Assembly: GCA_965214255.1 (NCBI GenBank)
Contig: OZ243948.1
Span: 1,094,225-1,158,224 of the forward strand
Direction of reading: 5' to 3'
Origin: Alphaproteobacteria bacterium
GTDB taxonomy: Bacteria; Pseudomonadota; Alphaproteobacteria; SMXP01
Length of the DNA: 64,000 bases
The translations under genes and the position numbers were made by a program. Positions 9,824-20,146 of the stretch are shown piece after piece. Every line of letters begins with the position of its first letter. Within the stretch, counting starts at the first letter, position 1. Under the pieces are notes generated by a model that saw only the letters and a program-made list of their open reading frames with translations, was not told where the DNA came from and did no database searches.

Positions 9824-11230
9824 ATGGCGAAAATCAACGTTTCTGAAACGGAAAACCTAGCGTCCACGAAACCGACGCTGACCATCGGCCAGAAGCTCGG
9901 CTGGGCCGTCGGCACCCACGGCACGTCGAGCATGACGGCCATCATGACGTTCCTGGTTCTCTTTTACATGACGGACATGCTCGGCATTAACGTCATCATC
10001 GCCAGTTGGATCATTTTGTTTGCACGCGCCTACGATTTCGCCACCGACCCGTTCATGGGTTATATCAGTGATCGGACGAAGTCGCGTTACGGTCGTCGTC
10101 GGCCTTACTTGTTCTTTGGAGCCGTCGCCTCGTTTATCGCGGTCGCCGCTCTTTTCAACGCGCCTCAGCTTGGAGATGCCGGCGTCGTCATATACGTGAC
10201 GATCATCCTGTTGGTGTTTGCGACCGGATACACGCTGTTCAACGTGCCTTACCTAGCCATGCCCGCGGAAATTACGCCGGAATACCATGAACGCACGGTG
10301 CTCATGTCATACCGCGTGTTCTTTATCTCAATGGCGGGTCTGATCACCGTGGGCGGCGGCTCGCAACTGCTCGCGCGGTTTCCCGACAACCAGCTTCACG
10401 CATTCTCGCTCCTCGGCTGGATCATGGGAGGCCTGATCGGTATGGCCATGCTGGCGACGTTTCTGTCCACGGCTTCCGTCCCTTCCCGTGAAGCGAGCGA
10501 CACCAGCAAATTTTCGGTGAAAGACCAGATCAAACTCATTCTCGACAACCGGCCGTTCTTCATCTATTTGCTCGCGAAATCAGGCGGGCTGATGGCCCAG
10601 GGGAGCATCACGGCATCGCTCCTCTATTTCGGCACTTATGTGCTCATGCGCCCGGACGAACTGCTGTTGGCATTCAGCCTGTACATTACAATCGGGCAGT
10701 TAGCCTCCATTCCCCTCTGGCGCCTGACCGCCAGAGTCTACGGCAAGCGCAACATCTTCATGGTCGCTTCCGCCGGACATGCGCTAACCACCCTGTCCTT
10801 TCTGCTCGCAACCGCGGCCGAGCCTACATTCATCCTCAATGTCAGGGTCGTCGTATTGGGCGCATTCACCTGCGGTATCTTGATGATGGGCTTCGCCATT
10901 CTGCCCGACACGATGGATTACGACCGGCGACGCACGGGAATTAATCGAGAGGGCGTTTACGCAGGCATCTACAGCACCATGGAAAAGCTGGCGAGTGCTA
11001 TCGGCCCGTTCCTGTTCGGCAATTTCCTGGGTTTGATGGGATTCATTTCAAGCAAAGCGGGCGAAACCGTCGAACAACCGGAAAGCGCAATCATGGCAAT
11101 CGTTCTGGGCGTCGCCGTGTTTCCCTCGCTCTTTTCTCTTTCGGCCGCTGCAGCGCTGTGGTTTTACGATCTCACGGAGGACAAGCTCAAGGCGGCGCAG
11201 CCCCCGGCTACATTGCCGGGCCGAACATGA
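9824..11230 (+). CDS. MFS transporter, GPH (MelB-like) cation symporter family
   Basis: DFATDPFMGYISDRTKSRYGRRRPY and ILPDTMDYD...TG..REG motifs; about 12 hydrophobic segments. Confidence 0.92.
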   Translation: MAKINVSETENLASTKPTLTIGQKLGWAVGTHGTSSMTAIMTFLVLFYMTDMLGINVIIASWIILFARAYDFATDPFMGYISDRTKSRYGRRRPYLFFGAVASFIAVAALFNAPQLGDAGVVIYVTIILLVFATGYTLFNVPYLAMPAEITPEYHERTVLMSYRVFFISMAGLITVGGGSQLLARFPDNQLHAFSLLGWIMGGLIGMAMLATFLSTASVPSREASDTSKFSVKDQIKLILDNRPFFIYLLAKSGGLMAQGSITASLLYFGTYVLMRPDELLLAFSLYITIGQLASIPLWRLTARVYGKRNIFMVASAGHALTTLSFLLATAAEPTFILNVRVVVLGAFTCGILMMGFAILPDTMDYDRRRTGINREGVYAGIYSTMEKLASAIGPFLFGNFLGLMGFISSKAGETVEQPESAIMAIVLGVAVFPSLFSLSAAAALWFYDLTEDKLKAAQPPATLPGRT

Positions 11231-11242
11231 GTAACCGGCCGC

Positions 11243-11347
11243 TTGAACAGCGGGCGCGACAGTACCGGTCTCCGTTCCAACCGCATCATTCTCGCCGCCT
11301 GGGCCGTGGCGATCATCGCAGGTGTGACCGGCGCGCTTTTGTTGTAA
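11243..11347 (+). CDS. Putative 34-aa single-TM small protein
   Basis: TTG-start frame MNSGRDSTGLRSNRIILAAWAVAIIAGVTGALLL*, below the ORF-track size cutoff; only a weak RBS. Confidence 0.35.
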   Translation: MNSGRDSTGLRSNRIILAAWAVAIIAGVTGALLL

Positions 11348-11556
11348 ACCCTTCATGCCAACCGGCAACAAAGGATCAACGATTTGCTCCGTCGCACCAA
11401 TCAATTGGAAAGCGGGACCACCTTCCACCCTGGCGGGGAAGAGGTTAATTTCGTCAAAGTTTCGCGGTACCTTGTCCGAAGCGAGGCTTCGGAACGAGTG
11501 AAAGCTGAATTCCCGGCAGCCTTGCCGAGGAATGAAGTTGCAAAAAAGATCAAAAA

Positions 11557-12651
11557 ATGAGGGTCAACGGCACACTGAGGCGGACGATTTGGCTGACGGA
11601 CGACGACCGGACGGTCGAGATCATCGATCAAACACGGCTGCCGTTCGAGTATGAAATCGTACGGCTGAAAACGGCGGCCCATGCGGCGCACGCCATTTCA
11701 TCCATGCAGGTACGAGGTGCGCCGTTAACCGGGGTAACCGCGGCCTACGGCATGGCGCTTGCCATGGCGGCGGATCCGAGCGACGCGTCATTGCAATCGG
11801 CTTACGACACTTTACTGGCGACGCGGCCGACCGCTTCCAACCTGCATTGGGCGCTTGACGACATGCGCGCAAGGCTTGGTCCCCTCGATGCCAATGAGCG
11901 TCGCAAGGCAGCCTATGAACGCGCAGGCCAAATCGCCGATGAAGATGTCGAAATTTGCCGACGGATCGGCATGCATGGGCTTCGCGTGCTCGAAGACTTG
12001 GCCGCCAAAAAGAAAAACGCCCCGATCAACGTACTGACCCACTGCAATGCGGGTTGGCTTGCCACCGTAGATTGGGGGACGGCGACCGCACCCATCTATA
12101 TGGCGCATGACAAGGGGCTCGACATTCATGTCTGGGTGGACGAGACGCGGCCGCGCAATCAAGGGTCATTCCTGACCGCCTGGGAACTCGGCCAACACGG
12201 CGTGCCTCATACGGTGATCGCCGACAATGTGGGCGGTCATCTCATGCAGCACGGTCAAGTCGACCTGTGCATTACCGGCACTGACCGCACCGTCGCCAGC
12301 GGCGACGTGGCCAACAAGATCGGTACCTATCTCAAGGCGCTGGCCGCCCATGACAACAATGTGCCGTTTTATGTGGCGCTGCCGGGCCCCACAATCGACT
12401 GGACCCTTACCGACGGGATTTCGGATATCCCGATCGAACAGCGCGACTCATCGGAACTCACGAAAGTTCGTGGACGGACGAAGAGAGGCGCACTGGAAAC
12501 GGTATCGATCATCGCGCCCGGGAGCGACGCCGCCAACTATGCTTTCGACGTGACACCGGCGCGCCTCGTTACGGGTCTCATTACGGAGCGCGGCATAGCG
12601 AAAGCCTCACACGAAGGATTGCTCGGCCTTTACCCGGAGCGACGGCCGTGA
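11557..12651 (+). CDS. mtnA: S-methyl-5-thioribose-1-phosphate isomerase
   Basis: [36 protein letters not shown] and AFDVTP motifs. Confidence 0.96.
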   Translation: MRVNGTLRRTIWLTDDDRTVEIIDQTRLPFEYEIVRLKTAAHAAHAISSMQVRGAPLTGVTAAYGMALAMAADPSDASLQSAYDTLLATRPTASNLHWALDDMRARLGPLDANERRKAAYERAGQIADEDVEICRRIGMHGLRVLEDLAAKKKNAPINVLTHCNAGWLATVDWGTATAPIYMAHDKGLDIHVWVDETRPRNQGSFLTAWELGQHGVPHTVIADNVGGHLMQHGQVDLCITGTDRTVASGDVANKIGTYLKALAAHDNNVPFYVALPGPTIDWTLTDGISDIPIEQRDSSELTKVRGRTKRGALETVSIIAPGSDAANYAFDVTPARLVTGLITERGIAKASHEGLLGLYPERRP

Positions 12652-13133
12652 ACACATCAAAAGAGACTATGCGCCAAAAAATAAGGCGCATCCTGAATGA
12701 CGCGAAAAGTCTTGCGGTTGTCGGCGGCAGTTCCAATTGGAAGCGTCCGAGTTTCTATGTCATGAAGTATATGCAAAGCAAGGGATACCGCATTACGCCC
12801 GTAAATCCGCGCGCCGCCGGGAAAGAGATTTTAGGTATGCCAGTCTATGCATCCTTGAGTGATATTCCCCACGATTTCGACTTGGTTCAAATCTTTCGGC
12901 CGTCCGATGCAGTCCCGTCCATCGTCGATGAGGCGCTCGCGCTAACCCGCAAAAAAGAAATCCGCGTCATCTGGATGCAGATTGGCGTGCAGCATGATGA
13001 CGCGGCCGCCAAAGCGGAAGCGGCGGGGCTCGAAGTGATCATGAATCATTGCACAAAAATCGAATACGGCCGATTGCACAATGAATTGAGATGGGGCGGT
13101 TTCAACACCGGCATCATCTCAAGCAAAAAATGA
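12648..13133 (+). CDS. CoA-binding protein (YccU-like)
   Basis: [23 protein letters not shown] and IWMQIGV motifs; coupled to mtnA. Confidence 0.9.
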   Translation: MNTSKETMRQKIRRILNDAKSLAVVGGSSNWKRPSFYVMKYMQSKGYRITPVNPRAAGKEILGMPVYASLSDIPHDFDLVQIFRPSDAVPSIVDEALALTRKKEIRVIWMQIGVQHDDAAAKAEAAGLEVIMNHCTKIEYGRLHNELRWGGFNTGIISSKK

Positions 13134-13143
13134 GGGTGCGGGC

Positions 13144-14445
13144 ATGAGCAAATCCGAAAGCCCAAAGAATTACGGTTTCGAGACGCGGATGATCCATGCG
13201 GGCGCCCAACCCGAACCCATCACGGGTGCAAGACAAACGCCCATATTTCAGAATACGTCTTACGTCTTTGAAGACGTTGACCACGCGGCCTCTCTGTTCA
13301 ATTTGCAAACCTATGGCTTCATTTACTCGCGGATGACCAATCCGACGGTGTCGGTCCTGGAAGAACGCATGGCGAATCTCGAAGGAGGGCGCGGCGCGGC
13401 GTGCACCGCGTCGGGCCACGCCGCACAAATTCTCGCCTTTTTTCCCTTCATGGAACCCGGCGATGAATTCATCGCATCGAACAAACTCTATGGCGGCTCT
13501 ATCACGCAATTCGGCAAAACCTTTCAAAAATTCGGCTGGCGCGTTCATTTTGTCGATACCGACGATCTCGATGCGGTAGGCGCCGCGGTCACACCAAAAT
13601 GCAAGGCTCTTTTTGTGGAGAGTCTCGCCAATCCGGGCGGCGTCGTGAGCGACCTGGCCGCACTCGCCAACATCGCCCATGACGCGGGCCTTGTCTTCAT
13701 GGTCGATAACACGTTGGCGACGCCGGTTCTGTGCCGCCCTTTCGAGTGGGGCGCCGACCTCGTCGTGCATTCGCTGACAAAATTTCTATCCGGAAACGGC
13801 ACGACCATCGGCGGCTGTGTCACCGACAGCGGCACCTTCGATTGGGCGCAAAACGACAAATTCGCCGGGCTGACCCAGCCCGACCCCGCCTATCATGGCA
13901 TACGTTTCTTTGAAACCTTCGGTGACTTGGCCTTTACCACTCATGCCCACGCCGTCGGGCTGCGGGACCTGGGCGCCACCATGGCACCGATGAACGCTTT
14001 CCTTACTCTCCTGGGCCTCGAAACTCTCTCGCTGCGCGTTGAACGCCACTGCGAAAACGCACGAAAGGTCGCCTTGTTTCTCGATGGCCATGACCAGGTG
14101 ACCTGGGTTTCCTTTGCGGGCCTGTCGGGAAATCCTTATGGCGAACTTGCCGATAAATATCTGTCCGGTAAAGCGGGTTCCGTGTTCACGTTCGGGGTCA
14201 AGGGCGGATATGAACAGGGCATTCGCGTCGTTGAATCCTGTGAGCTTTTGAGCCATTTGGCAAATATCGGCGATGCCCGCTCGCTCATCCTGCATCCGGC
14301 ATCGACAACTCACCGACAACTCACTGACGAGCAGCGCACCGCCGCCGGCGCGGGAGACGATGTCATACGGGTGTCTATCGGCCTTGAAACCGTTGACGAT
14401 ATTATCCGTGACTTGGACGAGGCGCTAACGGAAGCCGCCGCGTAA
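13144..14445 (+). CDS. metY: O-acetylhomoserine aminocarboxypropyltransferase (sulfhydrylase)
   Basis: IYSRMTNPT, VDNTLATP, PLP lysine motif HSLTKF, HLANIGDARSLILHPASTTH. Confidence 0.93.
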   Translation: MSKSESPKNYGFETRMIHAGAQPEPITGARQTPIFQNTSYVFEDVDHAASLFNLQTYGFIYSRMTNPTVSVLEERMANLEGGRGAACTASGHAAQILAFFPFMEPGDEFIASNKLYGGSITQFGKTFQKFGWRVHFVDTDDLDAVGAAVTPKCKALFVESLANPGGVVSDLAALANIAHDAGLVFMVDNTLATPVLCRPFEWGADLVVHSLTKFLSGNGTTIGGCVTDSGTFDWAQNDKFAGLTQPDPAYHGIRFFETFGDLAFTTHAHAVGLRDLGATMAPMNAFLTLLGLETLSLRVERHCENARKVALFLDGHDQVTWVSFAGLSGNPYGELADKYLSGKAGSVFTFGVKGGYEQGIRVVESCELLSHLANIGDARSLILHPASTTHRQLTDEQRTAAGAGDDVIRVSIGLETVDDIIRDLDEALTEAAA

Positions 14446-14601
14446 GATGCGCTGGCTGTGCGCTCGTACATGACTCCGGCAAGTGAAGGTGCAAAACAGC
14501 ACCCGGGAACCGACCGGCATTCAACGTTCGAGGAATGTTTGAAGCCTTGCCCGGCGGCGGGGATTTACGTTCGGCGGCGATTAAGATGCCGGTCAAGTCC
14601 A

Positions 14602-15114
14602 TCACGCCGGCTTGGCGACCTTCGGCGTGGGCGTGTCAACTCTGTCCACCGTCTTGGCCGACGGCAACACGGTGCTCCGGGTCGCGGTCGGCGCCGCACC
14701 ATCGGATTTCGGATCCTGTATGCGTTTGCAATTACCCTCGAAGAAAGCGCCGGTTTCAACCGTCAAAGCCTTGTGAAAGATATCCCCTTCGACATGAGAC
14801 GATGACATGAGATGCACTCGACCGGCGCGAACCGTGCCGAGGATGCAGCCATAGGCCGTCACCTCATCGGCCACAATTTCCCCTTTGATGGTGGCCTTTT
14901 TACCGATCGTGAGCGTGCCGCTATGGACATTGCCGTTGATGGTGCCCTCGAATTGGATATCTCCTTCGGAACGGAGCGTACCTTCGATCATAACGCTTTC
15001 GTTAAAGATGGAAGGGACATTTCGGCCCGATTTGTCGGAAGGCTTGGCTCGGCTGGCTGCTGTTGCTGACCCCATCTGCGCAACGGTCCCATTTCCTTTA
15101 TCTTTTGCAAACAT
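14602..15114 (-). CDS. Bactofilin (polymer-forming cytoskeletal protein)
   Basis: PSIF..SVMIEGTL.SEGDIQFEG..NGNV...VEGDIFHKALTVETGAFFEG beta-helix pattern. Confidence 0.92.
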   Translation of the reverse strand: MFAKDKGNGTVAQMGSATAASRAKPSDKSGRNVPSIFNESVMIEGTLRSEGDIQFEGTINGNVHSGTLTIGKKATIKGEIVADEVTAYGCILGTVRAGRVHLMSSSHVEGDIFHKALTVETGAFFEGNCKRIQDPKSDGAAPTATRSTVLPSAKTVDRVDTPTPKVAKPA

Positions 15115-15486
15115 GTTACCTACCTTTGAAAATCTGTTGGGCTTTTCGAGTTCCGTTACTCGTCAATAACAGCACCAAAATGCAGTGCACGGCACGTGAC
15201 AGATACGTGTAGATGTCCGCCGAATCATGACCGGCGCACGGCCAGTGTCAGAGTTGCGAAGAGGCAATATTTGCATGGGTCGGCGCTTCTGACAACAAGC
15301 AGGTAACGACGCGCACGATTTGGGCTTGGCCATCAAGCCGTCAAAAATCGTAAAAAGCCTAAAATATTGAAATTGCACGTGGCGGACGGATTTGAAAACG
15401 CACGCGCCAAGCAGGGGGAGCCCCAATAGTGCTTCACTGTGCGCAAGGTTCCCCGGACAACACCATAAAAACACCGCCTCCGGCCG

Positions 15487-16410
15487 TTAATCTTCACGGA
15501 CCACGCGAATGCCGACCGTGTTGTAGCGGCGGTCGGCAAACACGGATAGACGATTGGCAGAGCGTAAATCTTCCGGTTCGTCGTCCCAAGCCGCCCCTCG
15601 TATGACGCGGCGATGACATTCACCGTCGAGGCGCGTCGAGCCATCGCCGGACGCTCCTTCATGTGACGGGTTCCAACAGTCTTGCGTCCATTCCCACAAG
15701 TTGCCGGCCATATCGAAAAAGCCCCAGGGGTTCGGTGCGTAATGGCCCACGGGATTGGTAAAAAGAAAGCCGTCGTTACAGTTTACGAATTTCCAAGATC
15801 GGTAAACGCCGACGGCGGCAAGATCAACCGCGTTGGCATACGCGCATCCTTCGTCTTCCTCCCCTCCCCAAAAGAATCTGGATACGGTCCCGGCGCGCGC
15901 CGCATATTCCCACTCCGCTTCGCTCGGCAGGCGATACGTCTTGCGGGTCTTTTCCGACAGCCACACGGCATAGGCCTCAGCATCCTGCCAATTGACGCAA
16001 GTCACGGGATGATCGTCCGTCTGCGGAAACCCGGGATCGATCCAGGAACGCTCAGGATCACTCTGCCATGTAAGCGATTCCGGGTCGATGTACCAACAAC
16101 CCTCATCGATGTGATGGCCCGTCTCAGCGACAAACACGGCAAACTGCGCGCGCTTTATTTCGGTTTTGCCAAGAGCAAACGCTTTTTCGATCATGACTTC
16201 GCGAACCGGCCCCTCGTCATCCTCGCGGCCCGGTTCATCGTCCGGGGAACCCATGAGAAACCTACCCGCATCGACTACGGCCATGACGGGACAGACCTCA
16301 CAGTCGTAGAATTCCGACTTTGCATCTTGAGCGTAAGTGCACAGACTCAGCATGACCGACAAAGCCGCCGCACCGAGGAACCAGGTTTTCACAATTCGAA
16401 TTCGTTTCAA
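15487..16410 (-). CDS. SUMF1/FGE-sulfatase-domain secreted protein
   Basis: Signal peptide, CEVCPVM, RLPSEAEWEYAARAG, DMAGNLWEW, GIRVVR; the catalytic Cys pair of true FGE is not evident. Confidence 0.9.
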   Translation of the reverse strand: MKRIRIVKTWFLGAAALSVMLSLCTYAQDAKSEFYDCEVCPVMAVVDAGRFLMGSPDDEPGREDDEGPVREVMIEKAFALGKTEIKRAQFAVFVAETGHHIDEGCWYIDPESLTWQSDPERSWIDPGFPQTDDHPVTCVNWQDAEAYAVWLSEKTRKTYRLPSEAEWEYAARAGTVSRFFWGGEEDEGCAYANAVDLAAVGVYRSWKFVNCNDGFLFTNPVGHYAPNPWGFFDMAGNLWEWTQDCWNPSHEGASGDGSTRLDGECHRRVIRGAAWDDEPEDLRSANRLSVFADRRYNTVGIRVVRED

Positions 16411-16434
16411 AGATATTGTCGGCGGACCCCTGTC

Positions 16435-17613
16435 TCAACTCCAGTTTCTTTCTCTATTCAAATATGCGGCTGCATCTTCTGAGTCGACAGGCAAATACGA
16501 CGAAAAAAGACCCGGTTCATACTTGGGCCGGTAAGCCGACATGACCGGGTCGGTGATGGCCGCATGAATAAGCGGCTGAGTATGCTTGGCCCTGAAGTCC
16601 GAGATCGGGATATCGACGGAAACGATCGTTTCTTCCAAAGTCGGCGCTTGTTTGAGAAGCGTCCCGTCGGGACCGAAGACGGCGCTGAATACCATGGAAC
16701 TGTCGGCAAGGGGGCCCGTCATGTCGGACGTGCCGAAGCGCCGTTTCAGGGCCTCGATGTTCTCCGGCAAATATGAATTGATGACCATGGCGGAATAAAT
16801 TTCGTTGTAGAGGCTGCCCGCCTGAACGTCAGCATAGTGATAACGGCCTGTCGCCGTGCGCAGTAGAATCTCGCAGCCTTTCACGGCAAAACCGCGGACG
16901 AATTCCGGTTCTCGTTGGGCGGACGACGTGGAAATGTTGCCGATGGGTGTGCGCGCTACGGGGATCACCGCGTCGGCGCCGTACATTTCGACGTATTGAT
17001 CGAGTACATTGTATATGGTCGATGTCATGAGTTCGATTTTCCCGCCGTCCAGCACACCTTTGATGTTGCGTACCTTCCATTGCTTATCGACGATCGCCCC
17101 GTCCGGCCCGATGATTGTCGTCAGAGACAGATTATGCCCCGGCCAATCGGCGTCCCTGGCGTAGCTGCCAAATACGATGTAACAGTCATGTTCACGGGCT
17201 TTTTTCGAAATCTCTTCCGTCTCCTCACCCGGTATCTCGATCGCGGCGCGCTGTACATCATCGCGCCCCCATTCGAAGCTCAACCCGGTGAGAGGTAACT
17301 CGTGAAAGAGAAGAAGATCGTGTTTCCCATTTGCCTGGGCCCGGTCGACCCAGTCGAGCATGTGCGCCAAATTGGCCTTGCGGCTCTTTTCGATACTGTC
17401 GATTTCGACGAGGCTAATCCGCGTCTGCACTATCCCGAGGCGCACCGTATCTTTGGCAAGCGGCACCGCAATGTAACCACCGTTGGGATCGACCGCGAGG
17501 TCCGCATCGACCGGTCGGGTGAGCCCCGCAGCCATGTCCGGCGCCAAGACGGCGGCACCCGTCAAGCCCAGTTTCGATAAATCGCGGCGGGTCACTTTTT
17601 CTAATTGCGGCAT
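16435..17613 (-). CDS. Tat-exported nitrilase-superfamily (carbon-nitrogen hydrolase) protein lacking the nucleophile Cys
   Basis: TRRDL Tat motif; LLFHELP (Glu), KQWK (Lys); nucleophile region reads TPIGNISTSSAQREPE. Confidence 0.8.
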   Translation of the reverse strand: MPQLEKVTRRDLSKLGLTGAAVLAPDMAAGLTRPVDADLAVDPNGGYIAVPLAKDTVRLGIVQTRISLVEIDSIEKSRKANLAHMLDWVDRAQANGKHDLLLFHELPLTGLSFEWGRDDVQRAAIEIPGEETEEISKKAREHDCYIVFGSYARDADWPGHNLSLTTIIGPDGAIVDKQWKVRNIKGVLDGGKIELMTSTIYNVLDQYVEMYGADAVIPVARTPIGNISTSSAQREPEFVRGFAVKGCEILLRTATGRYHYADVQAGSLYNEIYSAMVINSYLPENIEALKRRFGTSDMTGPLADSSMVFSAVFGPDGTLLKQAPTLEETIVSVDIPISDFRAKHTQPLIHAAITDPVMSAYRPKYEPGLFSSYLPVDSEDAAAYLNRERNWS

Positions 17614-17795
17614 GGATGATCTGACCTTTCCTTTGTCCCTGCGGACGGATTGACGGCCCTGTCGGGTAAACAGGCAAGCCCGTCTACCTTCAGGGGCTTC
17701 TCAATAGTACACATTACGGAGTTCTGTGGCTTCCTGGTTCGTAGAACGGCGCCGTTCCGGTATACTTACTGATTCGGTAGAGAAGGAAATATGTC

Positions 17796-18410
17796 ATGAG
17801 GCGGCTCGGTGTAAAGCTGAGGGTGGCAATCATTACTCTGGTATTCGCAGGCATAACGGCATGCAGCACGGTCCCCGACAATCCTGAAAACGTTTGCGAG
17901 ATTTTCGAAGAGCGGGGCAGATGGTACAAAGCGGCAAACAAGTCCGAAAAACGCTGGGGCGTGCCGGTGTCCCTGCAGATGGCGATTATCAAAGTGGAAA
18001 GCGGCTTCGACGATGACGCCAAGCCGCGGCGCAAACGCTTCCTCGGGATCATTCCCCTCGGACGGCCAAGCAGCGCCGAAGGCTATGCCCAAGCGCTCGA
18101 CGGCACATGGGCAACCTATAAACGCAGCACCGGCAAGAAAGGCGCTGACCGCAATCACTTTGCCGATGCCGCCGACTTTGTCGGTTGGTACGTGGACAAG
18201 AGCGCCCGCGAGCTTGGAATCTCCAAAAGCGACGCTTATCGGCAGTACCTAGCCTACCATGTCGGCCAAGGCGGCTACCGCCGAGGCGCCTACCGCAATA
18301 ATCGGACGGCACGAACGGCAGCCAGCCGCGTGCAAAAACAGGAAGCGACCTACGCGCGTCAACTCCGCCGCTGTCGGGACGACCTCAAGGGCGGCTTCCT
18401 GTTCTTCTGA
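17796..18410 (+). CDS. Lytic transglycosylase (SLT-like) lipoprotein
   Basis: Lipobox ITAC, MAIIKVESGF catalytic Glu motif, GYAQALDGTW, YLAYHVG. Confidence 0.88.
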   Translation: MRRLGVKLRVAIITLVFAGITACSTVPDNPENVCEIFEERGRWYKAANKSEKRWGVPVSLQMAIIKVESGFDDDAKPRRKRFLGIIPLGRPSSAEGYAQALDGTWATYKRSTGKKGADRNHFADAADFVGWYVDKSARELGISKSDAYRQYLAYHVGQGGYRRGAYRNNRTARTAASRVQKQEATYARQLRRCRDDLKGGFLFF

Positions 18411-18439
18411 ATGCGCCCGTTCAAAAACGGCTTCGGTTC

Positions 18440-19396
18440 TCAGCGTGGACCAAAACCAAGCGTCGGCGCACCCGTGATTTCTTCGATAGCTTCGAGTTCG
18501 TCGTCATTGAACTTTGTCTCGCCTGCAGCCACGTTGGCTTCGAGCTGCCCGGGTGTGGTCACCCCCGCGATGACGCTCGATACATAAGGCCGACTCACCA
18601 GCCAACCGATGGCATAGTCCAGCAAGCTGTGGCCGTGTTCCTTGCCGAGTTCGTTCAATTTGTCGATCTTGTCGAATTTGTCGTCGGAAACGAACGAGCC
18701 TCGCCATTTGGAAAGCCGCGAGCCTTCCGGCGGCTCCTTGCCGCGCTGGACCTTGCCGGTCAGCAGGCCGCTTTCCAACGGAAAGTATGGAAGGATCCCC
18801 AGGCCATAAGCCTGGGCGGCGGGCACGACGTCTTTATCGATATCGCGCGTCATCAAGCTGTAGCGGTTCTGTGCCGACACGAAGGCGCTGACACCCAGAT
18901 CGCGCGACGTCCACTGAGCTTCGACAATTTGCCAGCCGGCAAAATTGGAGCAACCGATATAGCGCACTTTACCCGCGCCGATGAGATCGTCGAGAGCGCG
19001 CAGCGTCTCCTCGATAGGCGTTGACGCATCCGGAAAATGCATTTGATAGAGATCGATATAATCCGTGTTCAGACGAGCCAGGCTTGCGTCGACGGCTCTC
19101 ATGATGTAGCGGCGCGAGCCGCCTTTCCAATAGTCGCCATCGCCCATGGGGCTCGAGAACTTGGTCGCTATGACGACATCCGGGCGGCGCTTGCCGAGCG
19201 CCTTGCCGAGCCATTCTTCCGACCGGCCGCGATGACCGTAAATGTCGGCGGTATCAAACAGCGTGACGCCCAGGTCGAGCGCTTTTTCCACGACCGCGCG
19301 GCTCTGGGCTTCATCGTTCATCATACCCATGTTCATACAGCCGAGGCCCACGGCCGAGACTTTGAGACCCGAATTGCCTAGATTGTTGAGTTCCAT
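18440..19396 (-). CDS. Aldo/keto reductase
   Basis: LGNSGLKVSAVGLG, FDTADIYG, IATKF, YIDLYQMH, GKVRYIGCSN; start at ATG 19396 or GTG/ATG up to 19417. Confidence 0.95.
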   Translation of the reverse strand: MELNNLGNSGLKVSAVGLGCMNMGMMNDEAQSRAVVEKALDLGVTLFDTADIYGHRGRSEEWLGKALGKRRPDVVIATKFSSPMGDGDYWKGGSRRYIMRAVDASLARLNTDYIDLYQMHFPDASTPIEETLRALDDLIGAGKVRYIGCSNFAGWQIVEAQWTSRDLGVSAFVSAQNRYSLMTRDIDKDVVPAAQAYGLGILPYFPLESGLLTGKVQRGKEPPEGSRLSKWRGSFVSDDKFDKIDKLNELGKEHGHSLLDYAIGWLVSRPYVSSVIAGVTTPGQLEANVAAGETKFNDDELEAIEEITGAPTLGFGPR

Positions 19397-19613
19397 ACGA
19401 TACCCTCTCTTGACCATATCTTGGCACGGTTCGACCCATGTTCGACATCATGCTACGGCATCAGGGCAGACCCTTCCAAAGACAAAATATCAGACGCCCA
19501 ACTGCAACACGGCTTGAGCTTAGACTCTTCCGATCGAGGCATTACAATGTTCACGGAGCCGAGCGTGCGTCAGAACCCATACAGGTCCCCAAATATCGCC
19601 GGGAGAATAGTCC

Positions 19614-20102
19614 ATGTTGCTTGAAGGATCCTGCCATTGCAGCGCCGTCACATTCAAAGTTCAATCCAGGCATCCCTACCCGTTCAATCTTTGTTATTGC
19701 AGCATATGCCGCAAGACGGGCGGAAGCGGCGGATTCGGGATCAATTTGAGCGGCGATTACACAACCATGGACATCGAGGGCGAGGAGAACATTTCGACCT
19801 ACCGGGCCATGGTGAAAGACCGAGAGACAGGCAAGCCAAAGCAAAGCGAGGCAAGGCGCACGTTTTGCAAACATTGCGGCAGCGCGCTTTGGGTATGGGC
19901 GCCGAGTTGGCCGGAGTTGGTTCACCCCCACGCGTCGGCTATCGATACGGACCTGCCGGTCCCGCCCGAGCGGACGCATCTCCTGCTGGCGTCCAAGGCC
20001 TCTTGGGTCGAACCCCACGCCGACCCCCAAGACAAGTTCGCGGATCAGTATCCAGGCGAATCCATCGCCGGCTGGCATCAACGCCTGGGGCTGGAGACGT
20101 AA
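19614..20102 (+). CDS. GFA/CENP-V family zinc protein
   Basis: GSCHC, CYCSICRK and FCKHCGS zinc motifs. Confidence 0.92.
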   Translation: MLLEGSCHCSAVTFKVQSRHPYPFNLCYCSICRKTGGSGGFGINLSGDYTTMDIEGEENISTYRAMVKDRETGKPKQSEARRTFCKHCGSALWVWAPSWPELVHPHASAIDTDLPVPPERTHLLLASKASWVEPHADPQDKFADQYPGESIAGWHQRLGLET

Positions 20103-20146
20103 CCCGCACCAACGCCGCGATCAAATCCCGCCCGAAATCGCAAGGA

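Noticed and set aside
15487-16410. True formylglycine-generating enzyme
   Set aside because: The catalytic Cys pair is not visible in the RGAAW region and there is no neighbouring sulfatase.
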